Positions 27,259 through 37,075 of a stretch of DNA of 64,000 nucleotides are shown piece after piece (the first letter of the stretch is position 1; every line of letters begins with the position of its first letter). The stretch spans positions 72,047 to 136,046 of the forward strand of contig JAQGHG010000019.1 in NCBI GenBank assembly GCA_028288925.1, given 5' to 3'. The notes below the pieces were generated by a model. That model worked only from the letters and a program-made list of their open reading frames with translations, was not told the origin of the DNA and searched no databases. The translations under genes and the position numbers were made by a program. Source of the DNA: Patescibacteria group bacterium (GTDB lineage: Bacteria; Patescibacteriota; Saccharimonadia; UBA4664).

Positions 27259-28500
27259 CTAGTACAAAATTCTCAAACGAATAGTCTCCGGCATAGCCCG
27301 CAGCTGCCCGGCCGTCTCCGGCGAATACGACTCGTTGATGTCGGTGATGACGTAGCCTGTATCACCGCTCGTACCGAGATATTGCGCGTCGATATTGGCG
27401 CCCAGCTGCGACAGCGCGGTATTCATGCGGGCCAGCGCCCCCGCCGCGTTCCGGTGAATCCAAATCAGACGATGAGAGCCTTCCTGCGGTGGCAACGCCA
27501 AGCCCGGCATATTCACGCTCAGCGCCGTCCTGCCCTCATTAACGAAGTCCACCAGCTTAGACGCCACGAACCGCCCAATGTCGGCCTGAGCCTCCTCGGT
27601 GCTGCCCGCCACATGCGGGGTCAAGATAACGTTGGGCAGACCCTGCAATTCGGACACAAACCGTTCACCTTTATTCTTAGGCTCTTTCGGAAACACATCA
27701 ACCGCCGCTCCCGCCAAATGCCCGGAGTCCAAATGCCGCCTCAACGCCGCCGCGTCCACCACCATCCCCCGGCTCAAGTTCAAAAACAGCGATCCGGGCC
27801 GCATCAGAGCAAATTGCTCCTCGCCAAACGAACCTTTGTTGGCGGCCCGCCCATCCACATGCAACGTCACGACATCCACCGCCGCCAGCAGCTCCTCCAA
27901 ACTCTCGCACCGCTTGGCGTTGCCCAGGGACAGCTTATCCGCCAAGTCGTAGTAGTACACCCGCATGCCCAAATTTTCCGCCAGCACCGACAACTGCGAG
28001 CCGATATTACCATATCCCACAATCCCCAGCCGCCGGCCCCGCACCTCGTGGCTGCCCACCGCCGACTTGTCCCACTGGCCCGCGTGCGTTTTCGTATTCC
28101 TATCCATCAGCCGCCGGTTGAGCGCGATAATCTCGGCGATTGCCAGCTCCACCACGCTCCGGGTATTGCTAAAGGGCGCGTTAAACACCGCCACGCCCCG
28201 GCCCGCCGCCTCCACCAGATCGATCTGATTGGTCCCAATGCAAAACGCCCCCACCGCCAGCAACCGCTTGGCCCGCGCCAGAACCTTGGCATTCACCGTC
28301 GTATTAGACCGTATCCCCAAAATCGACACGTCCGCGATCCGCTCCACCAACTCCTCTTCCGTCAGCGAGCCCGTCAGCACCTCGGTCTGGTAGCCCTCCC
28401 GTTCCATCACCTCCAGCGCCGAAGGATGAATGTTCTCCAGTAGCAGCACCCGCGTGCGCTCCTTAGGAATTGAGTGCCTGGACTTGGTATGTTCCACCAT
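27259..28500 (-). CDS. serA: D-3-phosphoglycerate dehydrogenase with C-terminal ACT domain
   Basis: GIVGYGNIGSQLS NAD-binding Rossmann fold, catalytic His region TPHVAGST, C-terminal ACT-like segment. Confidence 0.85.
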   Translation of the reverse strand: MVEHTKSRHSIPKERTRVLLLENIHPSALEVMEREGYQTEVLTGSLTEEELVERIADVSILGIRSNTTVNAKVLARAKRLLAVGAFCIGTNQIDLVEAAGRGVAVFNAPFSNTRSVVELAIAEIIALNRRLMDRNTKTHAGQWDKSAVGSHEVRGRRLGIVGYGNIGSQLSVLAENLGMRVYYYDLADKLSLGNAKRCESLEELLAAVDVVTLHVDGRAANKGSFGEEQFALMRPGSLFLNLSRGMVVDAAALRRHLDSGHLAGAAVDVFPKEPKNKGERFVSELQGLPNVILTPHVAGSTEEAQADIGRFVASKLVDFVNEGRTALSVNMPGLALPPQEGSHRLIWIHRNAAGALARMNTALSQLGANIDAQYLGTSGDTGYVITDINESYSPETAGQLRAMPETIRLRILY

Positions 28501-28515
28501 CTGCGCTCCTCCGGC

Positions 28516-28528
28516 TCATGGTCCATGA
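28516..28528. promoter_or_regulatory. palindrome TCATGG-T-CCATGA between putative -10 and SD of serA
   Basis: Read directly on sequence; candidate operator. Confidence 0.3.
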
Positions 28529-28549
28529 CCACTAGTATATATAAATGCT

Positions 28550-28623
28550 TGGAGCGGGTAGAGGGAATCGAACCCTCGACTCAACCTTGGGAAGGTCGCG
28601 TTTTACCTCTAAACTATACCCGC
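28550..28623 (-). tRNA. tRNA-Gly (anticodon CCC)
   Basis: Hand-folded: GCGGGTA acceptor, anticodon loop TTCCCAA, GGTTCGATTCC T-arm, CCA encoded. Confidence 0.85.
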
Positions 28624-28625
28624 AC

Positions 28626-28701
28626 TGGAGCCGATGAAGGGATTCGAACCCATGACCTTTGCTTTACGAAAGCACTGCTCTACCAACTGAGCTACATCGG
28701 C
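28626..28701 (-). tRNA. tRNA-Thr (anticodon CGT)
   Basis: Hand-folded: GCCGATG/CATCGGC acceptor, anticodon loop TTCGTAA, GGTTCGAATCC T-arm, CCA encoded. Confidence 0.85.
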
Positions 28702-28786
28702 CTATGACAAGGCTGAACCAAGTTACAGTAGCAAAAATCAGCCCGTATTTCTACCCTTTGCGCTCTGCCCGAAGCCACCCGCCCCT

Positions 28787-28826
28787 AAAACAAAAAGTCT
28801 AATAGCCGGTACCTACCGACTATTAG
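28787..28826 (-). terminator. rho-independent terminator (13-bp imperfect stem then T-run on minus strand)
   Basis: CTAATAGCCGGTA-CC-TACCGACTATTAG followed on minus strand by CTTTTTGTTTT. Confidence 0.65.
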
Positions 28827-28878
28827 AGGTTCTTCAATGCTTTACGCTCACCGGCTATCCCAGCGGAACGATTCTGAG

Positions 28879-29103
28879 CTAGCTAATCCCTTTGTACTTG
28901 GGAAACCGCTGCTCGTAGCGCTCGGCCAGAAATTCGTACTTCTGCTCCAGTGCCCGCTTCGCTTCGTCCGGACTCATGTAAAACACATCGTACAGGTCTT
29001 GCTGTTGCGTTTGAATATTCGACGACTTTATTTTGCGTATTCGAGATCGCCCCACGGTTCTACCCTCATTAAGATTGTAGACACAGTATGACCGCCGCTT
29101 CAC
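28879..29103 (-). CDS. small hypothetical ORF (GTG start)
   Basis: Sits between SH3 gene and terminator on same strand; coding status uncertain. Confidence 0.3.
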   Translation of the reverse strand: MKRRSYCVYNLNEGRTVGRSRIRKIKSSNIQTQQQDLYDVFYMSPDEAKRALEQKYEFLAERYEQRFPKYKGIS

Positions 29104-29177
29104 CCCCGAGCATTAGGACAACTTACAAAGCTAATGACATCAAGCCCATTACTTTTGGGGATACCGGCAATGCCAAT

Positions 29178-29603
29178 TCAGCGATTAAGGTAGGTCTTAA
29201 AAATATACCCAACCAGACCGTTATATTCGACTTGCTGCCATTGGGCGTCACTGTCGGGCAGTAATCGCACCCGGGTATCGCCGTCCAAGTCAGCCAAGAT
29301 AGCTGTAGCGGTCGATTTGCCGGCCCGCATGTGTACAAATGAGTTCGTAATCGCGGTCGGCCCGTCCGAGGACGGACCAAGCGTAGGCACGGGAGTCGCC
29401 GGCGCCGCTGAAGCCGGCGTAGCCGAAGGAGCCGGCTTGGGTGTGGGCGCCGGAGTCGCGTGGCCGACGGGACGCGACAAAGTATCGTCCATAATGCCAC
29501 CGCGGTGGCCGATCGCCAACGTCGCTTCGGTAAGACCACCGGCCAGCACCGCCAAGGTCAGGATACCGCCAAATATCGCCAGCCCCCTACTCACCGATGC
29601 CAT
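29178..29603 (-). CDS. membrane-anchored bacterial SH3-domain protein
   Basis: N-terminal TM, Pro/Ala/Thr linker, C-terminal SH3b-like LVGYIFKTYL. Confidence 0.55.
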   Translation of the reverse strand: MASVSRGLAIFGGILTLAVLAGGLTEATLAIGHRGGIMDDTLSRPVGHATPAPTPKPAPSATPASAAPATPVPTLGPSSDGPTAITNSFVHMRAGKSTATAILADLDGDTRVRLLPDSDAQWQQVEYNGLVGYIFKTYLNR

Positions 29604-29624
29604 GCGCCAGCTCTCCCGAATTCG

Positions 29625-29993
29625 TTACTGATAATACCGCACGTACAATGCCACGATCGCCGCCGCCACACCTATGATCACGAGCAAGCCGATCACAAAC
29701 TGCGCTACCACGCGCCATCCGCCGCCCCGCCTGGACGAAGCCTGCGGTTGCGATTGAGCCGGCTGCTGCGCCGCCGCGGGACGAGCCATCGGCTGCCGCT
29801 GAACCGGCGCTACCGGCCGCCGTCCCGCCGCCGGACGCGGCTGGGGCTGCTGCGCCGCCATCTGTGGCCTCGGCGCCTGGCCTAGCGGGCGTACCCGGGG
29901 CGCCGGCTGTTGCGGACGCGGCTGAGGAGCCCCGGCTGGGCGGCCGGCAGTCGGCCCGAAACCGTCCATCCGCCGCGGTCCCATGTCATTCAT
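29625..29993 (-). CDS. proline/glutamine-rich protein with C-terminal TM anchor
   Basis: PQPRPQQPAPR repeats; C-terminal VVAQFVIGLLVIIGVAAAIVALYV; start at MNDMG is assumed (track start is a TTG). Confidence 0.4.
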   Translation of the reverse strand: MNDMGPRRMDGFGPTAGRPAGAPQPRPQQPAPRVRPLGQAPRPQMAAQQPQPRPAAGRRPVAPVQRQPMARPAAAQQPAQSQPQASSRRGGGWRVVAQFVIGLLVIIGVAAAIVALYVRYYQ

Positions 29994-30127
29994 TTTCCGT
30001 ATAGGTCGTTGATCCACGCTAAATCGTACCCAGTTATTACGTAGATCATACCACAAAAATTATTCCCGCTTACGCTTACGCCCCATCTCGCCCCGTACCA
30101 TAAGCGGTATTAAGCTATAATACGAAT

Positions 30128-30511
30128 ATGCCTAGCGTTCTATATGTAGAAGACACCGAAACCATGCAAAACATGTACGGCTTCGCCCTCAAGAGAGAGG
30201 GCTTCGATGTCACTATCACCGGCACCGCCGGCGAAGCCCTCGCCCGGATCGACGAGCACCAATACGATATTATCCTCCTGGACATGATGCTCTCAGGCAT
30301 GAGCGGGATGGACTTCCTCCAAGCCGCCAACCTCCGAGCCAAGAGCCCCGGCACTAAGATAGTGGTTCTTTCCAACGTTGATAATCCCAACATCGTAGAT
30401 AAAGTTCGAGCTTTCGGCGTCAGCGCCTACCTCATCAAGGCCGACTACGAGCCGCAAACCCTCGTTGTCTATCTCAAAAACCTCTTAAAGCCCACCCCAG
30501 AAGCCAAATGA
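30128..30511 (+). CDS. single-domain response regulator (CheY-like receiver)
   Basis: D-D...D phosphoacceptor pattern (IILLDMMLSGMSG), conserved T and K positions; overlaps kinase start by 4 nt. Confidence 0.8.
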   Translation: MPSVLYVEDTETMQNMYGFALKREGFDVTITGTAGEALARIDEHQYDIILLDMMLSGMSGMDFLQAANLRAKSPGTKIVVLSNVDNPNIVDKVRAFGVSAYLIKADYEPQTLVVYLKNLLKPTPEAK

Positions 30512-32706
30512 GACTACCCGCCAAACTCATCCTTATCATCTGTGGAATGGGGCTCATTACCACCATCGTCGCCCCTATTGTCGTCTATGTAGCCGTCAGC
30601 GGAACTCTCAAGTCCACCATCTCAGCTAATCAACAAGCAACCGCCAGCACGACACTTGGGAAGATCGACCGCTTCATTTCCGAACGTATGGATGAGCTAG
30701 GCAACGTCGGCCGCGCCCAGCAATTCACCGCCTTGCTGGCCAGCCCGGACGGCACCAACCCGCAACTAGTCGAAACCGACCTCCATAGCGTCGCCCAGTT
30801 GGCCCAGGACTGGAACAACCTCACGCTCCTCGATCTCCATGGCAAAGCCGTGGCGGTTACCACCGAAAGCGATCGGAACAAAACCTTAGCTACGCTGGAG
30901 TCCAGCTTCGCCGGGCTCTACAACCGGGCCCTCACCGGCCAGACCGTCTATTCTGATGTTCTCAGATCCAATGAGGACGGCCCCACCCTCGCCATCATGA
31001 CACCCATCACCGACCGCACGGGTCAACCGGTCGGTGTCCTAGTCGGTGAGATTAATTGGAGCGCCGTACTCAGCATCCTGCACGAGCAAGGCAACGCCAC
31101 CACACTGCTCCTAAATCACAGTGGCTTGGAGATCGGCAGCAACCAAGCCGATACCCAAAATCGTATCCTCACAGCCGACCGGCACGCCTCTCCCATCTTC
31201 CAGCAAGCCAGCCACGGCGGTACCGGCACCATCGAGGCCGCCAACCCCGACAACCCCGAAGTCGCCACCCTCGCCTCGTATACCTCAGAGATAGGCTCAC
31301 GCAGTTACAAAGGTAACGGTTGGCATCTCCTCTTACTCCAGCCCACCAGCATCGCCTTCGCTCCGGCCAAAAATCTGGCTCTAGCCCTCCTAGCCGGCCT
31401 GCTCGTCGCATCGCTTGTCGTCTGTCTCATCATGTTCTGGGTCGCCCACCGGCTCATTACCCTGCCCATCCGCCGGCTCTCCACCGCTATCCAGAACATT
31501 AGCCTGGGCAACCTGGCCGAACGCCTCGAAGTCACCAGCCACGACGAGCTCGGCCAGCTCGCCACCACCTTCAACACCGTCACTACGCAGCTCGCCGCCA
31601 CCACCGTCAACCTCCAGCAAGAAAAGAGCCGCCTCGAGTCTTCCATCAACAGCCTACCCCTGGGGTTCATGCTCACCGACGCCGCCGGCGACATCATTAC
31701 CCTCAACCCCATCATGAACACCCTCCTCAACCTCAAAAACAAACCGCCCAAATTCACCAAAGGCAAGCACCAGACCGCCAACATCGCCTTCCTCCAGCAA
31801 TTGCTCGACCATTGTCAGACTACCCTCGCCAAGCGCCAAGCCTTCCACATCCCCGAGCAGTCCTACGACAACCGCATCTTCCGCCTTTTCTTCTCGCCCG
31901 TCATCCAAAACGACACGGCCATCGGTGTGGCCGTGCTAGTAGAAGACATCACCGAAGCCAAGCTCCTCGACCGCTCCAAGGACGAATTCTTCTCCATCGC
32001 CTCCCACGAGCTCCGCACTCCCCTCACCGCCATCCGCGGCAACACCTCCATGATCCAGCAATACTACGGCGAGAAGCTCAAGGACCAAGATCTCAAGGAG
32101 CTCGTCGGTGATATCCACGAATCCAGCCTGCGCCTCATCACCATCGTCAACGACTTCCTCGACGCTTCCCGCCTGGAGCAAGGCAAGATGAAGCTCACCC
32201 TGGAGCAATTCGATCTCAAACCCGTCATCGAGAGCGTCATCTACGAACTCGGCGCCCTGAGCCACGAAAAGAAAATCTATATCCGCACCGATAACACGCT
32301 CGGCACCCTCCCGCTGGTGTACGCGGACAAAAACCGTGTCAAACAAATCATCTACAACCTCACCGGCAACGCCATGCGCTTCACCGAAAAAGGCGGCATC
32401 ACCATCAAGCCCGAGGTCCAAGGCGACCAGCTCAAGGTCTACGTGACCGACACCGGCGACGGCATGAGCCCCGAGAACCAGCAGCTACTCTTTCACAAGT
32501 TCCAGCAAGCCAGCGATAACATCCTCACCCGCGACACCACCCGCGGCACCGGCCTGGGCCTCTACATTTGCCGCCTGCTTCTCGATAATATGAATGGCAA
32601 AATCAAACTCGAAAGCTCCGAGGTCGGCAAAGGCACCACCTTCAGCTTCACCCTGCCGCTCAACCCGCCCAAAAGCATCAAGGCTCCACAAGCCCCCAAG
32701 TCCTAG
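30508..32706 (+). CDS. sensor histidine kinase (TM, extracytoplasmic sensor, HAMP, HisKA, HATPase_c)
   Basis: H-box FFSIASHELRTPLTAI; N, G1 (DTGDGM) and G2 (GTGLGL) boxes. Confidence 0.85.
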   Translation: MRLPAKLILIICGMGLITTIVAPIVVYVAVSGTLKSTISANQQATASTTLGKIDRFISERMDELGNVGRAQQFTALLASPDGTNPQLVETDLHSVAQLAQDWNNLTLLDLHGKAVAVTTESDRNKTLATLESSFAGLYNRALTGQTVYSDVLRSNEDGPTLAIMTPITDRTGQPVGVLVGEINWSAVLSILHEQGNATTLLLNHSGLEIGSNQADTQNRILTADRHASPIFQQASHGGTGTIEAANPDNPEVATLASYTSEIGSRSYKGNGWHLLLLQPTSIAFAPAKNLALALLAGLLVASLVVCLIMFWVAHRLITLPIRRLSTAIQNISLGNLAERLEVTSHDELGQLATTFNTVTTQLAATTVNLQQEKSRLESSINSLPLGFMLTDAAGDIITLNPIMNTLLNLKNKPPKFTKGKHQTANIAFLQQLLDHCQTTLAKRQAFHIPEQSYDNRIFRLFFSPVIQNDTAIGVAVLVEDITEAKLLDRSKDEFFSIASHELRTPLTAIRGNTSMIQQYYGEKLKDQDLKELVGDIHESSLRLITIVNDFLDASRLEQGKMKLTLEQFDLKPVIESVIYELGALSHEKKIYIRTDNTLGTLPLVYADKNRVKQIIYNLTGNAMRFTEKGGITIKPEVQGDQLKVYVTDTGDGMSPENQQLLFHKFQQASDNILTRDTTRGTGLGLYICRLLLDNMNGKIKLESSEVGKGTTFSFTLPLNPPKSIKAPQAPKS

Positions 32707-33440
32707 CCCTCAAACTCCACCAGCACCGGCAGATGATCCGATAATTCCGTCGGCACCACCCGCGACCGCACCGGCCGCAACGCGCCTTGGTACAGCACAT
32801 GATCCAGGCGCCATTTGAGCTCGTCATAGCGCCACGGCCCAATCTCAAACGGCTTGGTCGTCCAAGTCTTTTGACTCAGTGCCGGCCCGGCATGCTTCAG
32901 CCGGCCGCGCAGCGCCTGCACCGCCTTAGAGCGCGGGGTCGCGTTCATATCACCCGCCAAGATATACGGCCCCTCCGACGTCTCCTCCAGCAGCCGCCCA
33001 ATCATCTCCAGCTTATGCGCCGACGTCCGAAAGCGCGGGTGGAACGGCAAGTGAACGCTACCCACTTTTAGCCTTATGCCAGATGGTAGTTTTACCCACA
33101 AGCTCACATAAGAGCGTTCGTCGTGTACCACCTTTCCCTGCTTCACCAAACCCTCCTGCAACACTACCCGCTCGCCTCCAAACCCGCCGAACCGCGAAAA
33201 AATACCGCACCCTACCCGTGCCGGCCCACCGTCCGGCAGCGTCATAATTCCATAATCCCAAAATCCCTCGTAACCCAAGGCAGCGGCAATATACGCACCC
33301 GCATCCGGAGTAGCCTCCTGGTAACCCTGAGTTAGCTCCTGCAAACACACCACATCCGGGTTGAGCTCCTTAATAAAAGCCGCCACCGCCTCCACATTCT
33401 CGGAGTACATGATATTCCACTGCAGGACCGTCAAAACCAT
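32703..33440 (-). CDS. endonuclease/exonuclease/phosphatase (EEP) family protein
   Basis: VLQWNI start motif, LQE, GDMN and SDHLPV catalytic motifs of EEP fold; upstream in-frame extension rejected. Confidence 0.65.
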   Translation of the reverse strand: MVLTVLQWNIMYSENVEAVAAFIKELNPDVVCLQELTQGYQEATPDAGAYIAAALGYEGFWDYGIMTLPDGGPARVGCGIFSRFGGFGGERVVLQEGLVKQGKVVHDERSYVSLWVKLPSGIRLKVGSVHLPFHPRFRTSAHKLEMIGRLLEETSEGPYILAGDMNATPRSKAVQALRGRLKHAGPALSQKTWTTKPFEIGPWRYDELKWRLDHVLYQGALRPVRSRVVPTELSDHLPVLVEFEG

Positions 33441-33574
33441 GCCCTCAGTATAAGGCCCTCCAAACAGAAATGCTCTCGACGAAATTGGGAGCATCTCCGT
33501 CAAGAGCATAGCAGCCGGTAGTAAAGAAGCCCTAGAGCGGGCCTCCCAGATACCTCCAGCGCAGAATGGGCCTT

Positions 33575-33910
33575 TTACTTCCCTCCGCCCAAGCGCGATC
33601 GCCGGCGCTTGATTGCGCCCGGAGTACGCCGCCCGAGAAAAAGTTTGAAAAGCGACGATATGCTGAAACCCGAATACTGCAGCACCGTGTCTTCGTCTTC
33701 CGTCCATCGGCCCTTCGGCCCTTCAGGGCGGCCTCGAAGTCGGGACCGCTGGACCCGAATAGAGTTCTCGCTACGACGACCTAGAAGAATATTAGCGATT
33801 ATACTGTCACGAAAAGGCGCCCATCGGATGATCCTGTTCTCTTCTTCGCTCCACTCGGGAGCCCGACCCCTGGAACCAGGCTTTTTCGGAGTTGGCGTCA
33901 ACCCAACCAC
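33575..33910 (-). CDS. small protein with two SANT/Myb-like repeats (putative DNA-binding)
   Basis: Repeats EWSEEENRIIRWAPFRDSIIANILLGRRSENSIRVQRSRL and RWTEDEDTVLQYSGFSISSLFKLFLGRRTPGAIKRRRSRL fit W-x-EE-x(n)-LGR-x-x-x-x-[IC]-[KR]-x-R Myb pattern; GTG start after AAGGAAAG SD assumed. Confidence 0.5.
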   Translation of the reverse strand: MVGLTPTPKKPGSRGRAPEWSEEENRIIRWAPFRDSIIANILLGRRSENSIRVQRSRLRGRPEGPKGRWTEDEDTVLQYSGFSISSLFKLFLGRRTPGAIKRRRSRLGGGK

Positions 33911-33983
33911 CTTCTTTCCTTGCGGCAACTGAGTACATACGACTATAAAACAAGTTAGCCCAGGCGTCGAGTATAATAGAAGT

Positions 33984-34745
33984 ATGAAAAAACTCGTTGT
34001 AGTCGCGGATGATTTTGGTCTGTGCGAATCGGTCAACACCGGCATCGTCAGATCACATCAGCAAGGGATCGTTACCGAGCTCTCGTTCATGCTGGGATCG
34101 CCTGGTACCAATCATGCCCTCCGGCTCGCCGGCGAGGAGAACATAGCCAATATCGGCATCCATATGCTGCTCAAAAACTGGCGCGACACCGGCACCCTCG
34201 TCCACCGCGCCGATTACATTAAGCTCTTTGATGAAACCTCCGAAGCCGGGATCGCCCGCCTCGTCGAAAACGAGCTCCAGGAGTTCGAAACCGTCGTCGG
34301 CCACAAACCCAGCCACATCACCTCGCAGTTCGGCATCGCGGCGCATGCCAAAGCCATGCCCAGCGTCCTGGCCTACGCCCGCCGCCACGGCATTCCGCTA
34401 CGCCAACCCGTCATGACGCTGTACGGCGACGAGCCCGAGCAAAACCTCGCCAGCCTCAGCCTCATGAAGCAAAGCGGCGCCACCACCACTGACTATTTCT
34501 TCGCCCGCATAATGGAACCGGATTACGATACATTACTAAAGCAATACCAAGATGACTTCTCTACCATCCCAGACGGCCAATCCGCCGAGCTCGCCATCCA
34601 CCCGGGTCTCGTCGGAGCCGACCTCGCAGCCATGAGCAGCCTCGTTCACGAGCGCGCCCGCGACCTTCGGCTAGCCACCGACCCACAGCTGAGATCCTGG
34701 CTCGACAATCACGGCATCAAGCTCGTTCCCTACGACGAAATCTAG
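33984..34745 (+). CDS. ChbG/YdjC-family carbohydrate deacetylase
   Basis: N-terminal VVADDFGLCESVNTGI and HxxH metal-site pattern typical of YdjC family. Confidence 0.75.
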   Translation: MKKLVVVADDFGLCESVNTGIVRSHQQGIVTELSFMLGSPGTNHALRLAGEENIANIGIHMLLKNWRDTGTLVHRADYIKLFDETSEAGIARLVENELQEFETVVGHKPSHITSQFGIAAHAKAMPSVLAYARRHGIPLRQPVMTLYGDEPEQNLASLSLMKQSGATTTDYFFARIMEPDYDTLLKQYQDDFSTIPDGQSAELAIHPGLVGADLAAMSSLVHERARDLRLATDPQLRSWLDNHGIKLVPYDEI

Positions 34746-34817
34746 TCACATTACACATACCAAGAAAAAGCCCCGGGCTTAACCGCCAGGGGCTTCATTT
34801 CAAAGTCCGGCCGAAAA

Positions 34818-35123
34818 TTACATCGGCAGCGCTTCGTACACCTCTACGACAGCCGTCTCCGACGACTGCACCAGCGGGCAAGTCTTGGCCAGCTCCACGG
34901 CCTCGTCCATGCTGTCAGCCTTCACAATCGTGTAGCCGGTCACCGGCGAGCTCGTCACGTCGCTCACGCCACCCTTAGTCACGCTCCGGCCGTCGCCGAA
35001 CGGATTACCGGCGTCTACCACCTTGGCGCCCAGCTGGCCAAACCACGCGCCCCACGCCGCGGTAGTATCTTCCGTAGCGCTCGTGTCGGTAGTCTCGCGA
35101 TAAACAAATACGAAATTCTTCAT
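34818..35123 (-). CDS. YciI-like (YCII-related) protein
   Basis: 101 aa; MKNFVFVY...GNPFGDG...IVKADSMDEAVELAKTCP pattern. Confidence 0.6.
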   Translation of the reverse strand: MKNFVFVYRETTDTSATEDTTAAWGAWFGQLGAKVVDAGNPFGDGRSVTKGGVSDVTSSPVTGYTIVKADSMDEAVELAKTCPLVQSSETAVVEVYEALPM

Positions 35124-35181
35124 AGAACCTTCTTTCTGCCCACATCAAGCAAATTATTTAAACAAACGTCGAACACAAAAG

Positions 35182-35517
35182 TTATGGCCGCATAGAGGCA
35201 ATGTAATTTTCCAATGTCTCTTCATCATTACCCCATTCGGTATGGTACTGCATGATCCAGCCTTGCACAGCCCGCCACTGACGCTTATTAAGCGCCACAA
35301 AGTTGGTCCGGCCGGCCTTCTTGCGAATCACCAGCTGAGCCTCCTCCAGCACCTTCAGGTGCTTGTAGATGCCCGGCAGCGATAGTCCGTGGTCCTCCGC
35401 CAAGACCGACACCGTCGCCGGCCGGAACGCCAGATCGTGCAAAATCGCCCGCCGCTTCTGGTGGGACAAGGCGGCAAATACCGCGTCGAGTTGGACTGGG
35501 TCGTGTAGTTTAGGCAT
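35182..35517 (-). CDS. ArsR/SmtB-family transcriptional regulator
   Basis: FAALSHQKRRAILHDL...VSVLAEDHGLSLPGIYKHLKVLEEAQLV HTH_20 pattern. Confidence 0.75.
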   Translation of the reverse strand: MPKLHDPVQLDAVFAALSHQKRRAILHDLAFRPATVSVLAEDHGLSLPGIYKHLKVLEEAQLVIRKKAGRTNFVALNKRQWRAVQGWIMQYHTEWGNDEETLENYIASMRP

Positions 35518-35658
35518 AATAGTTAACCAACTCGTTAACCTTATACCTTCCCAAACGACGGGTCAAGTACCACCAGGAGGCTAGGACATGCGTAAGGGCC
35601 ACCAGGGTGGCCCTTACGGGTAGCCCAGTGGCCCTTGGGAGCAGAGCGAGTGCTCTGG

Positions 35659-36150
35659 CTAGGGTCGGCGGAAGTTGCACGTCGAGTAGCTGTCTTTACC
35701 GTTCGTCGCGCGCGTTGCGTAGTCGCGATCAGGGTAAACCCGAACCCACGTCCGCCGTTGACGGTTGGTGATCTTGCCGAGGTCGATCGCCATCTCGCCG
35801 CCCACGAATGATGCGGGGAGAGTGACGTCGGGGTCGGTGATGGTGATTGTGCGGGTTCCCGCCACCGCATCGGTTCCGATGGTCTCGTCGAAGTACAGCT
35901 TGCCGAATCCAAGGTATCCACCGTCACCGTGGAAGTCGTCCCTGCAGGTCTCCTCCAGGGGCACTAGCCCCATCATGAAGGCCTGGAGTTCGGCGACCGA
36001 GTACAGGCCGCCCTCGGGAACGACGATGAAGTCGACTGTATGTGTCCAGTAGCCCCAGGGGTCAGGGAAGTACGTGTGCTCCTCGACGGCGAGGATAAGA
36101 GCCTCACCGTTCGAGCCGAGCGCCCTGTGTACAGTGGCCAGTTTGCTCAT
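35659..36150 (-). CDS. hypothetical protein
   Basis: 163 aa with ordinary composition; heads putative operon with ArsR and YciI-like genes. Confidence 0.45.
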   Translation of the reverse strand: MSKLATVHRALGSNGEALILAVEEHTYFPDPWGYWTHTVDFIVVPEGGLYSVAELQAFMMGLVPLEETCRDDFHGDGGYLGFGKLYFDETIGTDAVAGTRTITITDPDVTLPASFVGGEMAIDLGKITNRQRRTWVRVYPDRDYATRATNGKDSYSTCNFRRP

Positions 36151-36208
36151 GAGTGCGACACCTCAATCTCTAGGAGTACGTGAGCAAACGCATTATGACA
36201 TAAAAATT

Positions 36209-37015
36209 CTAGGAAGCATAGGGTTTACTTTTTGCTAATAAAGTCCCCAGCCCCCGGTAACAAGCAGCCGGATCATCCAGCAGCATAAAGTGGCCCGCAC
36301 CCGGAATCTCCGCCTTCTCTACCAAGTCGGACACCACTTCTGCCTTGTAAGCATTCTTCTCACCGTATATGAACAGGCGCCTTACCTCCGAACCATTAAA
36401 GAGACCAAGCAGCTTCTCGCTCTGGGACCACTCCACGATCGAAACCGACGTCTTATAAAACACAAATGCCGGAATCATCTCGAGCCAGCGGCTCCGGAAA
36501 GACGCGCTCTTCTCGCCCGAGCCCTTAACCTTGTCCTTCATCTGCGCGTATCCCGTCTGCTCAAACTTGCCCAATGAAAGCTGGGCCACATCCTTGCTCG
36601 CCCCGCAGTCGGCCAGTACCAAGTTGCCCTCCAGATTGGAAAACGACATCACCCGCCCTCCGAGTTGTTTCAACAGCAGCGTGCCCACCATACCGCCCAA
36701 ACTATGACCAATCAAATGCAGCCGCTTCACTCCCAGCTCATCCAGCACCAGCTTCACCACCCCGGCCTGATCCTGTACGTCATACGAAAAGTCTTCCGGC
36801 TTGCCCGAATCGCCAAACCCGACAAAGCTTATCGCCAAAAGCGAATAACCGGCCAAAAACTCCTGCTGGAACAAATCCGCGAACAACTCTCCATTCGACT
36901 GGACCCCATGCAAGGCCACTACCCACTCATCCGAGCGCCGGGCCATAAGCACCGAAACCTTCAGCCCCTGACCCTTAAAACGAACGGTGATTGCTCGGTT
37001 CTCGAGAGTTATCAT
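36209..37015 (-). CDS. alpha/beta hydrolase
   Basis: HLIGHSLGGMVG nucleophile elbow; 268 aa. Confidence 0.75.
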   Translation of the reverse strand: MITLENRAITVRFKGQGLKVSVLMARRSDEWVVALHGVQSNGELFADLFQQEFLAGYSLLAISFVGFGDSGKPEDFSYDVQDQAGVVKLVLDELGVKRLHLIGHSLGGMVGTLLLKQLGGRVMSFSNLEGNLVLADCGASKDVAQLSLGKFEQTGYAQMKDKVKGSGEKSASFRSRWLEMIPAFVFYKTSVSIVEWSQSEKLLGLFNGSEVRRLFIYGEKNAYKAEVVSDLVEKAEIPGAGHFMLLDDPAACYRGLGTLLAKSKPYAS

Positions 37016-37026
37016 GTATTAACTAT

Positions 37027-37057
37027 ACCAAACAAAAAAGAGGCTTCGCAAAGCCTC
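37027..37057 (-). terminator. rho-independent terminator downstream of tRNA-Asp
   Basis: GAGGCTT-CGCA-AAGCCTC with TTTTTTGTTTGG on minus strand. Confidence 0.75.
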
Positions 37058-37075
37058 AAATTTATAAATAAGAAC

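Noticed and set aside
28474-28707. ORF 28474..28707(+) 77 aa
   Set aside because: Lies entirely across the two minus-strand tRNA genes (Gly, Thr). Artefact.
33609-33932. Plus-strand 107-aa ORF
   Set aside because: Junk-like composition. The opposite strand carries two recognisable SANT/Myb-like repeats.
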